A DNA stretch of 62,233 nucleotides, the filler included, from Asterionella formosa (lineage: Eukaryota): the NCBI GenBank assembly GCA_002256025.1. It is 8 parts of 8 records of this genome, joined end to end, with 100 filler letters (N's around TTAATTAATTAA, not from the genome) between each part and the next. Parts side by side here need not be neighbours in the genome. Positions count along the whole stretch, not along the records: positions 46,796 to 54,465 come from NKIB01012406.1; positions 54,566 to 62,233 come from NKIB01012407.1; 6 more parts are not named here. One strand, 5' to 3'. Both the position numbers and the translations under genes were made by a program. The notes beneath the pieces were generated by a model. The model saw only the letters and a list, made by a program, of their open reading frames with translations. It did no database searches and was not told where the DNA came from. Shown here in pieces: positions 51,532 to 62,233 of the stretch; the first letter of the stretch is position 1, and the number at the start of each line of letters is the position of its first letter.

Positions 51532-52835
51532 ATGCCGTCGGCTCTCTTTGCATCAACTTCGCCGTACAAGCCCTCCCTATTGACCATTTCTTTCGCTGAG
51601 AATCCCACTGAATCTTTGGGCGCTCAGCTGAATAACCGGGACAATGTAAGTTACAATGGAAGGAAGGTTACGTTTCTGTCGCATTGTTTGATTTGGATTA
51701 TTCATGTCATTGCTCACTCATTCATGCCCTTACCTACATACGCTACACTTTGTAGGGAGAGACAGCTGAAATGTTCATTCCCTCCTACCTGACGATCCTC
51801 ATGCTGTTAGATGGAGATACAGTAGCACGGAAATCGGGGGTGTTGCAAGGCGATTGCATTGTTTGTGTCAATGGCGAAGGCTTTCGACGTTTCCCCCCCG
51901 ACTGGCCAGAAGGAGACTTGGAGCATTTGAGTGGCGACCACGAAGAATGGACAGACGAACAAAAGGTCAAGAGGGCAGAAACACTTACAGGACTTGATAT
52001 TGGGGAGCATTACAATGTAGTCCTGGATAGAATTAAAGAAATCAAGGCCCAAGGCGACGCGAATCCGTTGATACTCACATTGGAACGCCATGGATGGGAT
52101 GCCAAGGCAAATTCATTCGGACGATTCTTAGTGGCACGAGATTCCAATATAGTTCAAGCCATGGGGATGCTGGAAAAGCATGAACAATGGAGAGAACGCA
52201 TGTTCCCTATTGACCTGACATCACCCTCACTACAAGAGATCTTGAAACTTAAGGCAATTTCTGAAATTTGTGTCAATCCACAAGCACCGACGGTATATGT
52301 CAATTACGCAAAATTAGCGGTATTGGAACATTCTCACACTCCAGAAGATGTTGTCAAAGTATTCATCATGTTTACTGAAATTATGTTGGGCAAAGCTCCC
52401 GATCCGACTCACCCAAAGACTTGTCAATTTATTGACTTGACTGGGGTCGTCATTAGCGTGACAGGCTTTCGAGTCGATATATTAAAGGCACTCTACGCTG
52501 CCTTTGAACCAAACTATCCCGAGGCTCTGCACACAATGGTCTTGTATCCTGTCTCCAAGACAATGGTGCGTTGGTTGTTTTCATGTCAAAAATGTGCATT
52601 TCTTTGTCATTTCCAAGCTCACCACAATTTTACGTTTATATAGTCTTCCATTATCAAGGCAATGCTGAGATTTGTCAATAGCAAAACCCTTGACAAGATT
52701 GTCATGACTGATGACCTAGAAGTGGTGTACAAGGAACTAGGTTGGGATAAAGAGGAAGTCGACGCATCTGGGGGCTTCGATGACTTCGTCCGAAAGAACG
52801 ACAAGGCCGCCAATGATTTAATTATTGAGATTTAG
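51532..52835 (+). CDS. PDZ-like + CRAL-TRIO (Sec14-like) lipid-binding protein; exons 51532-51645, 51756-52565, 52644-52835
   Basis: VARKSGVLQGDCIVCVNGE (PDZ-like); RFLVARD...AMGMLEKHEQWRE, FIDLTG, FEPNYPEALHTMVLYP, FVNSKTLDKIVM (CRAL-TRIO). Both introns are phase 0 and GT-AG. Confidence 0.85.
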
Positions 52836-52975
52836 TTTCTAAGTTTTATTCCATTAATCTTATAATAGTAAATTCCATGTATAGGTATATAGTCTCGAAA
52901 TGTGAGAATAACATCGCGATGACAAACCGAATTGAGAAAAATAAGCCCATGCCAAAGGATTTACCAAATGCCTGT

Positions 52976-53449
52976 TTATTTCTCCTTCTTTGTTTTTGCT
53001 TTGTCTGCCACAATTTCAGGAACTGCTGTCTTTCGTCTGGGAGTCTTGAACCAATTCAGAACACGAATGTACTGGGTATTGAACCTTGCTGCAAAGGAAC
53101 CAGCGTAAAAGCCAACAAACACTGAGCATAAAGTCACGAGAACTGGTATGAGTAAATCTTTATCCAGATTCAGGTCGATAGGCCCCTCGCTATCAGACTC
53201 GATTTCTTCCCAGAATCTCCTATGTAGTACAACAAAACCAACAACAATGGGAACGAAAAGAAATACCGCAAGAGAGAAGTACGTGGGAGGCAGACGGAGA
53301 ATTTCCGCGAGGCGTACTAATCTACGTTCCATCGGGGTCAAGTCGACGTCACGGGATGAGACAGTAACAGGCTTTAGAGCCTTATCTTTGGCAGCATGCT
53401 TTTGAAACGCTGTCGCTTTCTTTTGTTCGGCTGTTTGTGTTTTGCTCAT
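52976..53449 (-). CDS. Hypothetical 157-aa membrane protein with two TM helices
   Basis: ATG at 53449; hydrophobic YFSLAVFLFVPIVVGFVVL and LLIPVLVTLCSVFVGFYAG; basic tail ending KTKKEK. Confidence 0.6.
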   Translation of the reverse strand: MSKTQTAEQKKATAFQKHAAKDKALKPVTVSSRDVDLTPMERRLVRLAEILRLPPTYFSLAVFLFVPIVVGFVVLHRRFWEEIESDSEGPIDLNLDKDLLIPVLVTLCSVFVGFYAGSFAARFNTQYIRVLNWFKTPRRKTAVPEIVADKAKTKKEK

Positions 53450-54296
53450 CGTGTCGACCAGGTCGTCTTGAATGGACTTTGATGGAATAAAAGTCTGCCG
53501 ATGGTCAATCGTTAGTGAGCTGGCTAGGTTACCTAAAGGCACACCACTGACGAGCTGCAACACAAAAACATCGATATGAACTACACATAATCATGAAACT
53601 TACCAAGGGCGACGACTTTAATAATGTCGCTGAAGAATTGTGGAATAATTTGATGGATGGATCGTGAAAGCGTGTTGGTGCAGCAAGTGGGTGAGCGTTG
53701 GATGTTGTGTACCCAGGTACCGGTAAAAATATGTAGAAGTAGCTATGATTTTTGGACCGCAGTAACTTCAAATTTAGTACATCACATATATAATGTAGCG
53801 TATAGTACTATTTTGAGAATGCTGATGTACCAGTACACTACCGGTAACGGAGTAAAAAATGAGGAAATTGCAGGAGAGGACCTCAATATTTTCTCAATCT
53901 GGTGGCTGGCTTCTTCGTCTTGCGATGAATCTTGACGGAATCTTCACAATTGGACCTAGTCGACTCCATCTGCTTCGTTTTCTTCTTAAAAGAAACTTTA
54001 TCAGTTCTATGCGAAGGCCGACGTCAATATAGGCAGTGAATCATACGACATTATCGTCATGCTGAGAAGAATAACCTGTACCAGGTACACAACTATGAAC
54101 ATGAATGCATCAAGCATGCAAACACATACATAGCCCAACGAAATAATTCACTGTACCTGGTACCTGGTACCAGGTACCAGGTACCTAGTAACACCTGGTA
54201 CCGTTACTCGAGTATATTACCTGTAGTGCGGGTGAAGGCGTTATTCTTTTTTAACATTTTTGCGGAGTCAACATTGACAAAATGTCTGTGTATATA

Positions 54297-54465
54297 ATGG
54301 CATCTTGCTCTCATTTTCTCCTCTTCCTGTTGCTGCTGTCACATACACACGCCCTAGTCCCTGACTTCCGAAAGGCAACAAGCGAGGATGTTTTAGTCGC
54401 TCGCAAATTCTTGTTTAAAGAAGCAATGAATCCCCTTTCCCTCTCGACGCGAACCTTGCTGGTCG
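54297..54465 (+). CDS. 5' fragment of a signal-peptide protein, possibly a GNAT acetyltransferase; truncated by the linker
   Basis: FLLFLLLLSHTHA-L signal; FRKATSEDV resembles the first strand/helix of GNAT proteins. Confidence 0.45.
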
Positions 54466-54565
54466 NNNNNNNNNNNNNNNNNNNNNNNNNNNNNNNNNNN
54501 NNNNNNNNNTTAATTAATTAANNNNNNNNNNNNNNNNNNNNNNNNNNNNNNNNNNNNNNNNNNNN

Positions 54566-55266
54566 GGTTCATGTTATTACTAGTAGAAACATACAACGAC
54601 ACGGTAAGTTCAAGGAATAATTAATCTCTTTGCCTTACACAGTGTCAGTCTCTCATCTCTTTCCACTCCCATGCTAACCCTTCTCAATAGTCTGAAATCG
54701 ACGCTGATGGGCTAGCGGCTGCTACAAAGGCTGCCATCGGAGCCATACGAGACCCCGTCACTCTGTTTAAGCAACAGAGAAGTATGCTTTTACTCCCTGC
54801 CATTCAGGCCCTTGCCAACAACGCCAACACAAAAGCCCTCCATGGACTTTTGACTATTTTTCAAGAAGGATCGCTAGACGACTACCTTGCATTTCCTGGT
54901 CCGTTCCCAGAAGGCCTTTCACAAGATGACTGTGTTCGACACATGAAAATTCTTTCTTTGTGTTCCTTGGCGGCAAATCACGAAGAAATCTTTTATAAAG
55001 ATATTGCGCAAACCTTGCAGCTACCAGCTGAAGATCAAGTCGAGAGTTGGGTTATTGCTGCCGTTTCCAGTGGCCTCCTCGAGGCGAAGATGGATCAGCT
55101 TCAACGAAAGGTCTTGGTGGAGAGATCGATTGTGAGAAAGTTCGACGAGGAGCAATGGAAGGCCCTACTATCGGAACTTACTCTTTGGAAGAACAATGTC
55201 AGGGGTATTCTAGAGACCTTCAAGCAGAGTCAAGCGGCTGCTGCTGGTGTTGCCCCGACTAACTAA
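54566..55266 (+). CDS. eIF3m: Translation initiation factor eIF3 subunit M (PCI domain), 3' part; exons 54566-54603, 54691-55266
   Basis: MKILSLCSLA...IFYKDIAQTLQL...VESWVIAAVSSGLLEAKMDQ...RKFDEEQWKAL...WKNNV. Confidence 0.88.
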
Positions 55267-55308
55267 TGCTGATTGGTACGAAGAAATACGAATAAAATAG
55301 TTTTTAGA

Positions 55309-56689
55309 TCACTTTGCCTGTGGGAGATGAACTAAAATTGGATATCCGACAGAATAGTCAGAGAAAAAGCCACTGGTAACATATTCGTCAGTGAAGAGGT
55401 GGGAGACGGGGAGGACCGTCATCAATGTGAGAAATGTAAGGAGGGGTCTCGGGAGGCCCTCAAATCGCTTGACCAAGACAATTTCGCTTAGCACATGCTC
55501 GGCAATCATGACAAAGCCATTCCAACTAAAGAAAAGCAGTTGCGCGCCATGACGGGGTACATAGTGTTGATCAGCGTATAACTTCCCTTTCAAAGCGATC
55601 ACGGACAGAACATACTCGTGCAATATACCACTGGCTAGAAAAGTAAGAATGGCAGCAACATATCTCTGGCCGCATTTGAGGCATGGCAAGTAAATCCCAC
55701 GCTTCAATAGTTGATGAACAATCTTGTTCCATCTCAATGACCAGAAATCAGAAGGACTTTTTGAGCAAAGAATTGGGTTATCCATGACTCGTATCGTAGC
55801 GTATCCAGAGATTAGAGAAATGCCAAAACCAACGCCGAGTGTGCCACCCTCAATGCTTAGCGAAGTCAAGCCAGCAACCAAAAGGTTGTTCAATAAACGT
55901 CCCCAGTGAAAAAAATCGCCAAATGATGTTGGTTGCGAACTAGGGATGGGAAATGGCGCATAATCGTACGGGATCATGACACTATAGGCAAGGATTGTCA
56001 AGAACGTGATGATGACAAGCCTCGCTCCCATTGCCAATAAATTCTTTACTGTAAACTTGATGGCACGTCCTGATTTAGGATCGTATTGAAATGGTACGAT
56101 GGCTGCATAGTATCCACAATACGTTTGTATGTCCCTTTCGATGAAAGTCGGAGTAGTTCCATGCAAAGCTGTAATCAACGATGTTGTAGTGCTGAGTATG
56201 ACATAGAAAAAGCAACATGGAACGGCAGCAATAGACGCACGCATCTACATTCAGCCCAGCCGCAACCCACCTTCCAGGCACCGCAAAACTAGTACCATGG
56301 GAATACTTCCCAAGGTCACCATCGTACACATGTTCCTGATGGCCAGTAAGCGAATCAGATAAAAGGGTAGGAAGGTCACGAGCGGTATGATAAGACCATA
56401 TCCAAAAATGGAAGCCATTGGAGTATTCCGCTGCTTGACGATCGTTACATAGATAATGGATCCAAAGATGCAAGACACCGAAGCTTGTATTAGTAGGGTC
56501 TGAAGAGTATTACCGCAGTGCAGGCTGTGAGAAAGTACGACCTGACTGGGCTGTCACTCAACTTGACAAGAAGATATTTTAGCGTACCACAGCAATCTGA
56601 CTCCAGAACGCCAGCGGACTGCCTAACACTCCAAAAGAACCTTCGATCTCCGGAATTGTGAACATGTGGAGTGGCTCTCGATCTTCCAT
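55309..56689 (-). CDS. MBOAT-family (wax synthase/sterol acyltransferase-like) membrane O-acyltransferase; exons 56689-56588, 56499-56271, 56168-55309
   Basis: MDNPILCSKSPSDFWSLRWNKIVHQLLKRGIY, TFLASGILHEY (catalytic His), LFFSWNG. Two frame-preserving GT-AG introns. Confidence 0.88.
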
Positions 56690-57252
56690 GGTGGTGGCGA
56701 AGATCTGGCGAATTCGATCAATCATGATTGGAGTTCACACAAACGCATTCATTCACCATTCTACCTTTTTTTAAATTTTGTGTTCATACCTACCGTATTC
56801 TTATTTTAGGGAGTTGATTTGTATACCGGTATGTTCGTGTATCATAGTCGTCCTCTTTGTATATTGCGTTTCTACGTACATTTTAGGTATGTACCGATGC
56901 TGGTTGCCTATAGCACCAGGAGGTACTAGGTACCAGGTACCAGTAAGTTTTCCTCGTGGGAGCAACTGGTACTTCCTGGTTCTGTGAACCTAGTATCATA
57001 CCCAGCAACAGGTATCACCAGGTACATGATACGATCATAATGGTCGGTGATGCAGCATGAAGAGAATTCGTGGAGACCAGGAGGTTTTTCTTCCTGTGCA
57101 TACAATATCTATGGATGCATGTAGAGCAATGTAGAGCAATGTAGCGTTTACAATATACCGGTAAATGAATCGGGTACCTGGTACCAGGTAGGTAGGGACC
57201 AGGCCTAATTTACAACAAACTACCAATAAGAAAGCAAATTAGATCATTGACC

Positions 57253-57835
57253 ATGGCGGCTTTTGGTGCTTTTTCTCGGACTCGCGCTGTCCTTAAGGCC
57301 AAGACTAACTCAAGCCTGGCAATGTCAAAGTGGTGGGCCAAGTATATCCCAGATGAAGGTCAGGTGAGGAACAACACCACTCGCCGTTGGTCTGACCGTT
57401 GATCGACAACATGCAACAAGCAACATGTCACGACAGAAACCCGAAAACGTGGGAATACCGGTACCGGTATGTGTATTACATTGGCTCTGTTGTTGACTCT
57501 TCTCTCCACGCATATCGCAGGTTATTCGGCACCTTTCACCGATGGAAACTCTACCAATTGCACCATGGATTAAGACTTTCCCCACAAAGGTGCGTCAAAG
57601 ATAGATGAATGGATTGTCATTTGCAGCCGGTTCGCACTGAAAGACTTACGTTTCTTTTTTCGCCGTTCCACTTTTGCCATTCTCGCTTCTGGGTACTTCT
57701 TTTCTTTCCTAGATTATGGACCGTGCTTGGGATTACATTGTCTATGTTGGCGGAACCGCGGGACTTGCCATGGGTATCATCACGTGGTCAAAGACATCGG
57801 ACTACAATAAAGGGGTCGCCGAAGAGCGAGACTAA
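57253..57835 (+). CDS. 100-aa protein, probable cytochrome bc1 complex subunit 8 (QCR8/UQCRQ-like); exons 57253-57363, 57521-57589, 57713-57835
   Basis: Not in the ORF track. Exons of 111+69+123 nt, both introns phase 0 and GT-AG. Protein: MAAFGAFSRTRAVLKAKTNSSLAMSKWWAKYIPDEGQ/VIRHLSPMETLPIAPWIKTFPTK/IMDRAWDYIVYVGGTAGLAMGIITWSKTSDYNKGVAEERD. LSPxE motif plus one C-terminal TM helix. Confidence 0.7.
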
Positions 57836-58105
57836 TAAGCTTGGAAGCACCACAAGTAACCGTTTAATTTCAGATAGCCATTTTTTATTGTGTGTGTGTT
57901 AACGTGATGGAAGGAGATCTTATTCGATTATTGAATGATTGGAAGCGGATAGATCACACAGGGAGGATTTGCTTTGTCGGATCAACTCATGTCTTCCCTA
58001 ATTATGATTTTGAATGGGTACGACGAAGTTAGTGACGATGCAAGCAGGAAGAGGCTGTATATCTCAATTATCTTTAACAAGTAGAACATCGAAAACACTT
58101 AAAAT

Positions 58106-59457
58106 TTAGTACGGTAAAAGCTCCGTAGGTGGCGGGGGTTGAACTGGGCCGTTTGCAACCCAGGGATGTGCAAAAACCTGTGCCAAAGTTAGCCGATCTT
58201 GTGGTTTTAGCTTCAACATTTTCTGCATCAAATCACATGCTTCTTTCGACAAGAAGATGCCCCAGTTGCGCAATTGTTCCTCGAGCCGACCATTCACGAT
58301 CAACTCGAAGCGCTGGTCAGTAATGCTGGCTTGGTCGTATGGCGGAAAACCTGTCAACATAATGTAAAGGATGACCCCGGCAGCCCACAAATCAATTGCA
58401 AATCCGTCGAAGTTTTCGATACTGGCAAATACTTCCGGAGACATATAGTTGTGCTTTCCACATACTCCTTGAGGTTTCATTAACCGGCGTAAATGGTTAG
58501 CTCTACTGACATCAGTGATTCCTCGGTTTTCTGGGTCGCAATACGGAACACGTAGACACATTCCCATGTCAATAATTTTGCACGTGTCTTCATCAACAAG
58601 AATGTTTTCTAGTGACAGATCTCGATGACAAACGCCGAGCGATTGAAGGTGGTGAAGACCCTGTGCGAACCAAGATTGAGTCAGTTGAAGTTTAAGAATC
58701 TCGTTGCATGTAATGTAATGTAATGTAATGTGCAAAAACTTGAAGTCACGACTCCATGTTTCCTAACACTTACCCACAGTATTTGGCGAAACCAAAACCT
58801 CGCAACCGGTTCCGGCATACCAATGTCACCTCCACTTTCCTCGGCATACTGAACAACAACACCAAATAAATCCCCTCCCTTACAATACGGCATGACACTA
58901 TAAATAAAATCGCTGTCTTGCAAGACTTCAGTACTTCCCAGCACATGTGGGTGTGCTGATCCCAGCAGCTGCATAGCTGCCACTTCCTTGACTGGGTCTT
59001 CCAACAACCTGCCTCGCATGTGAACCACCCTTGCCCACTCCACCATTTTAATCGCCACGTGACGACCGGTAATTTCCCAGACGATCGGTGCATTCGGAGC
59101 ACCTGGGTCTACACCAGCTGCCCGAGCAGCATCGTCGGCGGCTATTCCGTAATGTCTCTTTAGCACTAAACACGCCCAGACTGATCCATAGATGGCATCT
59201 TGCAATCGACGCTGAGGCCAATAGGCCAGGATATCTGACGGCTTGATTCCAAGGCCTTTGGTATTGCCTGAGAGATCCTCTCGGTGAATGACCCCAGAAG
59301 AGACTTGCCTTGTTCCGGTTTCTGGATGAACCACCAGCGCGTTGACCCGCACCCCGCGGACGACTAAGGGAGCTGGGAAGTCCAGCGGTCGCACTGCATC
59401 GCCGGAGGCACGAACTTGCCCAAACGTCAGGTGAGCATGAGGGGCTGGTTCCTGCAT
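58106..59457 (-). CDS. Ser/Thr protein kinase (CAMK-like); exons 59457-58774, 58660-58106
   Basis: VAIK, KEVAAM, MPYCKGGDLF, HRDLSLENIL, DMG, GKHNYMSPE, DLWAAGVILY. Atypical Gly-loop DAIYGSV. Confidence 0.92.
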
Positions 59458-62106
59458 GCTGCTCTGAAAATGCTCGACTTTGGATCAAATCTTCCGTAAT
59501 AGACAGCCGGAGCCGGCAGTGTGGTCGAGTCGCAGTCCACGTCGATTCGCTATCCAAGACTGCAGCTCACTGGAACTCTTTTCGGAACGAACGATCTGCT
59601 GGCGATGGACAGATACAATCGAATCAAGCTGTAAGCTGTAAGCTGTAAGCTGCAAGCACAAACTCAATTCGAGTGAATTCTCCGTCGCAAAACAAAAGGA
59701 AATGATGCACCAGTTCAACAAGGCACAGCAGCAACTGTGTTCAGTGTTGCTATGTAGTACGATATGGTTCTTGAGTTCCGACAAGTTGGTATTTTTTTAA
59801 TTATCATCGATAGACCCAGTGTTTTCGTACGCACTGAGCAGTACAGCCAAATCAAGAGAAGAAGTTTGGAATGTATCGGGCTATATAAGATACCAGTACC
59901 AGCACGTTTTCCGGGACTCCGTAGATAATTTATTTCGCGGCCGCTTGTGGGGAAAGAGCAGATACGGTGGTGGTAAAATTTTTACGAACGACCCAACTAC
60001 CGGTAGTTATCATACCATGAACCGAGTGGTAACTGGTATGTACAAGCACGTACAGGAACTTGGTAGATGTTACCAGGTTCCTTACCTGTGCGCATGTCCT
60101 TTGTACCAGTACCTGGTACCTGGTACTAGTCACCAGGCCAGCTACCTTGGTACCAGGTGTACAAGGTAGGAGTAACAGTTACGCCCTGGCATAGAGTATA
60201 GAGTAACGGTACCATGGTACCAGGGTATCTGGTACCAGAACCTGGTCCAAATTTTGTTGGTGAAACGTAATGATAAAGCAAACGAGGACATATGTGCAGA
60301 CGATCACACTCCTAAGTAAAACTGACAATTAGCCCTGCGTGACATCATACTCCTGCAAATAACCAGTCATGACGGTTGAAGGACTAGCCAAGTGGCAGGG
60401 GAGCGTTTTACAAATGCGGAGGATTCGGCTCGTTTTACCGATAGTCATTTCATTAAATTGTCTTGTGGATTCAATTCGAATTGGCCATGTGAATGAAGGA
60501 ATCTACCGTATGCCGTTCAGGCCAGCCAAATTTTTTACGATCCCTCCACAGAACAGTGCGAACTACCGGTACTATATTTGAGTCATCCGAGTCATTACTT
60601 GGAACACAAATACTAGCATGCAGTCACACGTCGTAACTTAGATACACTTATTACCAAAATTCTATGTACGAGTATGTTATTCGACGTATGAACTAAGAGT
60701 ACCGTAGTACCTGGTACTAAACGTTACCATGCTATGCATGTCTGACCATATTGACGTAATCAATGATGACTGAGGCGGACCAGGGAATCTTGATTCCGAC
60801 CATCTTCCTGCCTATTTTACGTGTGTTTATAATTTTTGTGCTAGCATTACTTAAGTAGACTACTGGTACCTGGTACCAGCAGGGCAGACGAAGGTACAGG
60901 CAAACTGAAATACTGGTAATTAGCTCAAGTTTCTACCAGAGGTGGCGCTTATGTCCACTGCATCAGTACCAGGGTACGACTTCTCAAGGAAGTGACATTA
61001 ATTCAGATTTTTCACCCTCTCCATGCAAGAAAAAATTTCTTTGATATTTTATAAGTGATTGATTTTTGTAACTTCCATTGCCTGACATGTCAATTACTGT
61101 CCATTATGGTCCCATATTTATTGCTGTCCTTTCTCTTGCTACTTACTCTTTGGTAAAAATGATTCTATTTCAGACAAAAAGTAGAATATGCATCTATTTT
61201 ACATGTTCAGCCTTTTTTGCTTGTGCTTTTGCACTTGTCCACTTTTACACATGACTTGACACCCACATCTGTATAGTGTCATTGTTTCCACTCCTTCAGA
61301 AAAGAAGGCAACCCTGCCTGGCTGGGCCCTGACATCCTTCTTTTATGCCATTGCTTGTTGTACAGTCCATGTCACTCATAAAGCTCCAGAAGTTCAGTTC
61401 AGAATTGTTGTTTTAGCAAAGGATGTGCTGCTACACAACCTAGGGAGCTCCAGATGATGCACTAAGTTTATATTGGGTGGGCACATGATGCATTGGATGT
61501 ATGTGAATGAATGCTGCACCATGTACCCAGGCAGTGGGGTTCTGTAAATCTGGTCATACTATTCACTTTGAAGGAGTAGTTTGTCAGACAGTTAGAAGAC
61601 AACTACAATGTGGTAAGGAGGAGGAAGTGAAATGCCAACTTTCTTTGTTAAATTCAATGCCTTGTCTCCTAGTAAAGCAAGGAGTACTAGCAGATAACAA
61701 CTCCTGCCAGGAAGTTTGCAGTGTGGGAGAATTATTTACCTTCTACTAGGTGCCCACTGCTGTTAAGATGGGGCAGTGCTAATGATTATGTGCAATTATA
61801 CCTTTCATGGTAGTAGTCGAGACCAAGTAGCATTTTCCAGTACCCAGGAGGTAACCAACAATGAAAATTTAATGCAGCAATATTACTAATAGCTAGCTGG
61901 GCTAACATACTGGGATGATAATTTTCCTATATTCATGTTTTTGGGTACCATGTTTTTGACTGCTGGATTTTGTCATCCAAAATTTGCCCACCTTATATAG
62001 GCATTTGCAATACAAGGCAAAAATCTTTTGACATTTTTTGATTCAATACTATGTATTGAATTAATCCAAGCTGATGTTGCCTGCATTGACCTTGTAAACT
62101 ACTTGA

Positions 62107-62233
62107 AGCCAATGCAATGCACATACCGGTGATCTCAAGCTTACGGGTTTCTGTCGTGTTGCTTGTTTCATGCTGTCGATCAACGGTCAGACCAACGGCG
62201 AGTGGTGTTGTTCCTCACCTGACCTTCATCTGG
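62107..62233 (-). repeat. Inverted, diverged copy of the QCR8-like exon 1 end and intron 1 (57349-57486), running off the window end
   Basis: Reverse complement ccagatgaaggtcaggtgaggaacaacaccactcgccgttggtctgaccgttgatcgaca is identical to 57349 onward, then diverges with substitutions and small indels. Confidence 0.9.

Noticed and set aside
54150..54205. CRISPR-like or restriction-site (KpnI/Dcm CCWGG) interpretation of the GGTACC/CCWGG clusters
   Set aside because: No constant repeat-spacer structure, no cas or R-M genes, and a eukaryotic context. Variable inner length with a constant flanking TA fits footprints better.
33255..56689. Apparent lipid-metabolism supercluster (fabB, fabH, lipase, Sec14, MBOAT)
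   Set aside because: The genes lie on four different concatenated scaffolds; only fabB-fabH are truly adjacent.
59626..59652. (AAGCTGT)n repeat upstream of the kinase; (TGTAA)n in its intron; (TA)n(TC)n at about 30809-30833
   Set aside because: Ordinary short simple repeats with no evidence of function.

Overview
Eukaryotic nuclear DNA, most likely a diatom. The evidence is GT-AG introns, bipartite signal+'AF' plastid-targeting leaders on FabB/FabH, a DDEL-tailed BiP, and diatom-like Copia/Gypsy/pogo remnants; the species cannot be determined from sequence. The window is NOT one locus. It is eight scaffolds of steadily decreasing length (7716, 7713, 7707, 7693, 7688, 7678, 7670, 7668 bp) joined by identical 100-bp N44-TTAATTAATTAA-N44 linkers, so gene order across linkers is meaningless. 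Contents: a telomere of variant (TAAGGG)n type abutting an intronless GT4+DUF5672-like glycosyltransferase; about 17 protein genes (UBX/FAF-like, SAPS/PP6R, CRT-like transporter, head-to-head plastid fabB-fabH, membrane-anchored lipase, BiP, methyltransferase, PDZ-Sec14, eIF3m, MBOAT, Ser/Thr kinase, and a 3-exon QCR8-like gene missed by the ORF track); and many decayed transposons (a Gypsy element with LTRs and a 5-bp TSD, a solo LTR, a Copia fragment, TA-flanked TIR elements ending CCA...TGG, and a MITE). The most striking signal is that intergenic DNA is peppered with TA-CC(A)-(T)GG-TA words (TACCAGGTA, TACCTGGTA, TACCGGTA, TACCATGGTA) and 7-bp-period chains of them. These match what excision footprints of the resident TA-targeting CCA...TGG transposons would look like. 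Two internal paralog comparisons show a CCGGTA unit present in one copy and absent in the other.
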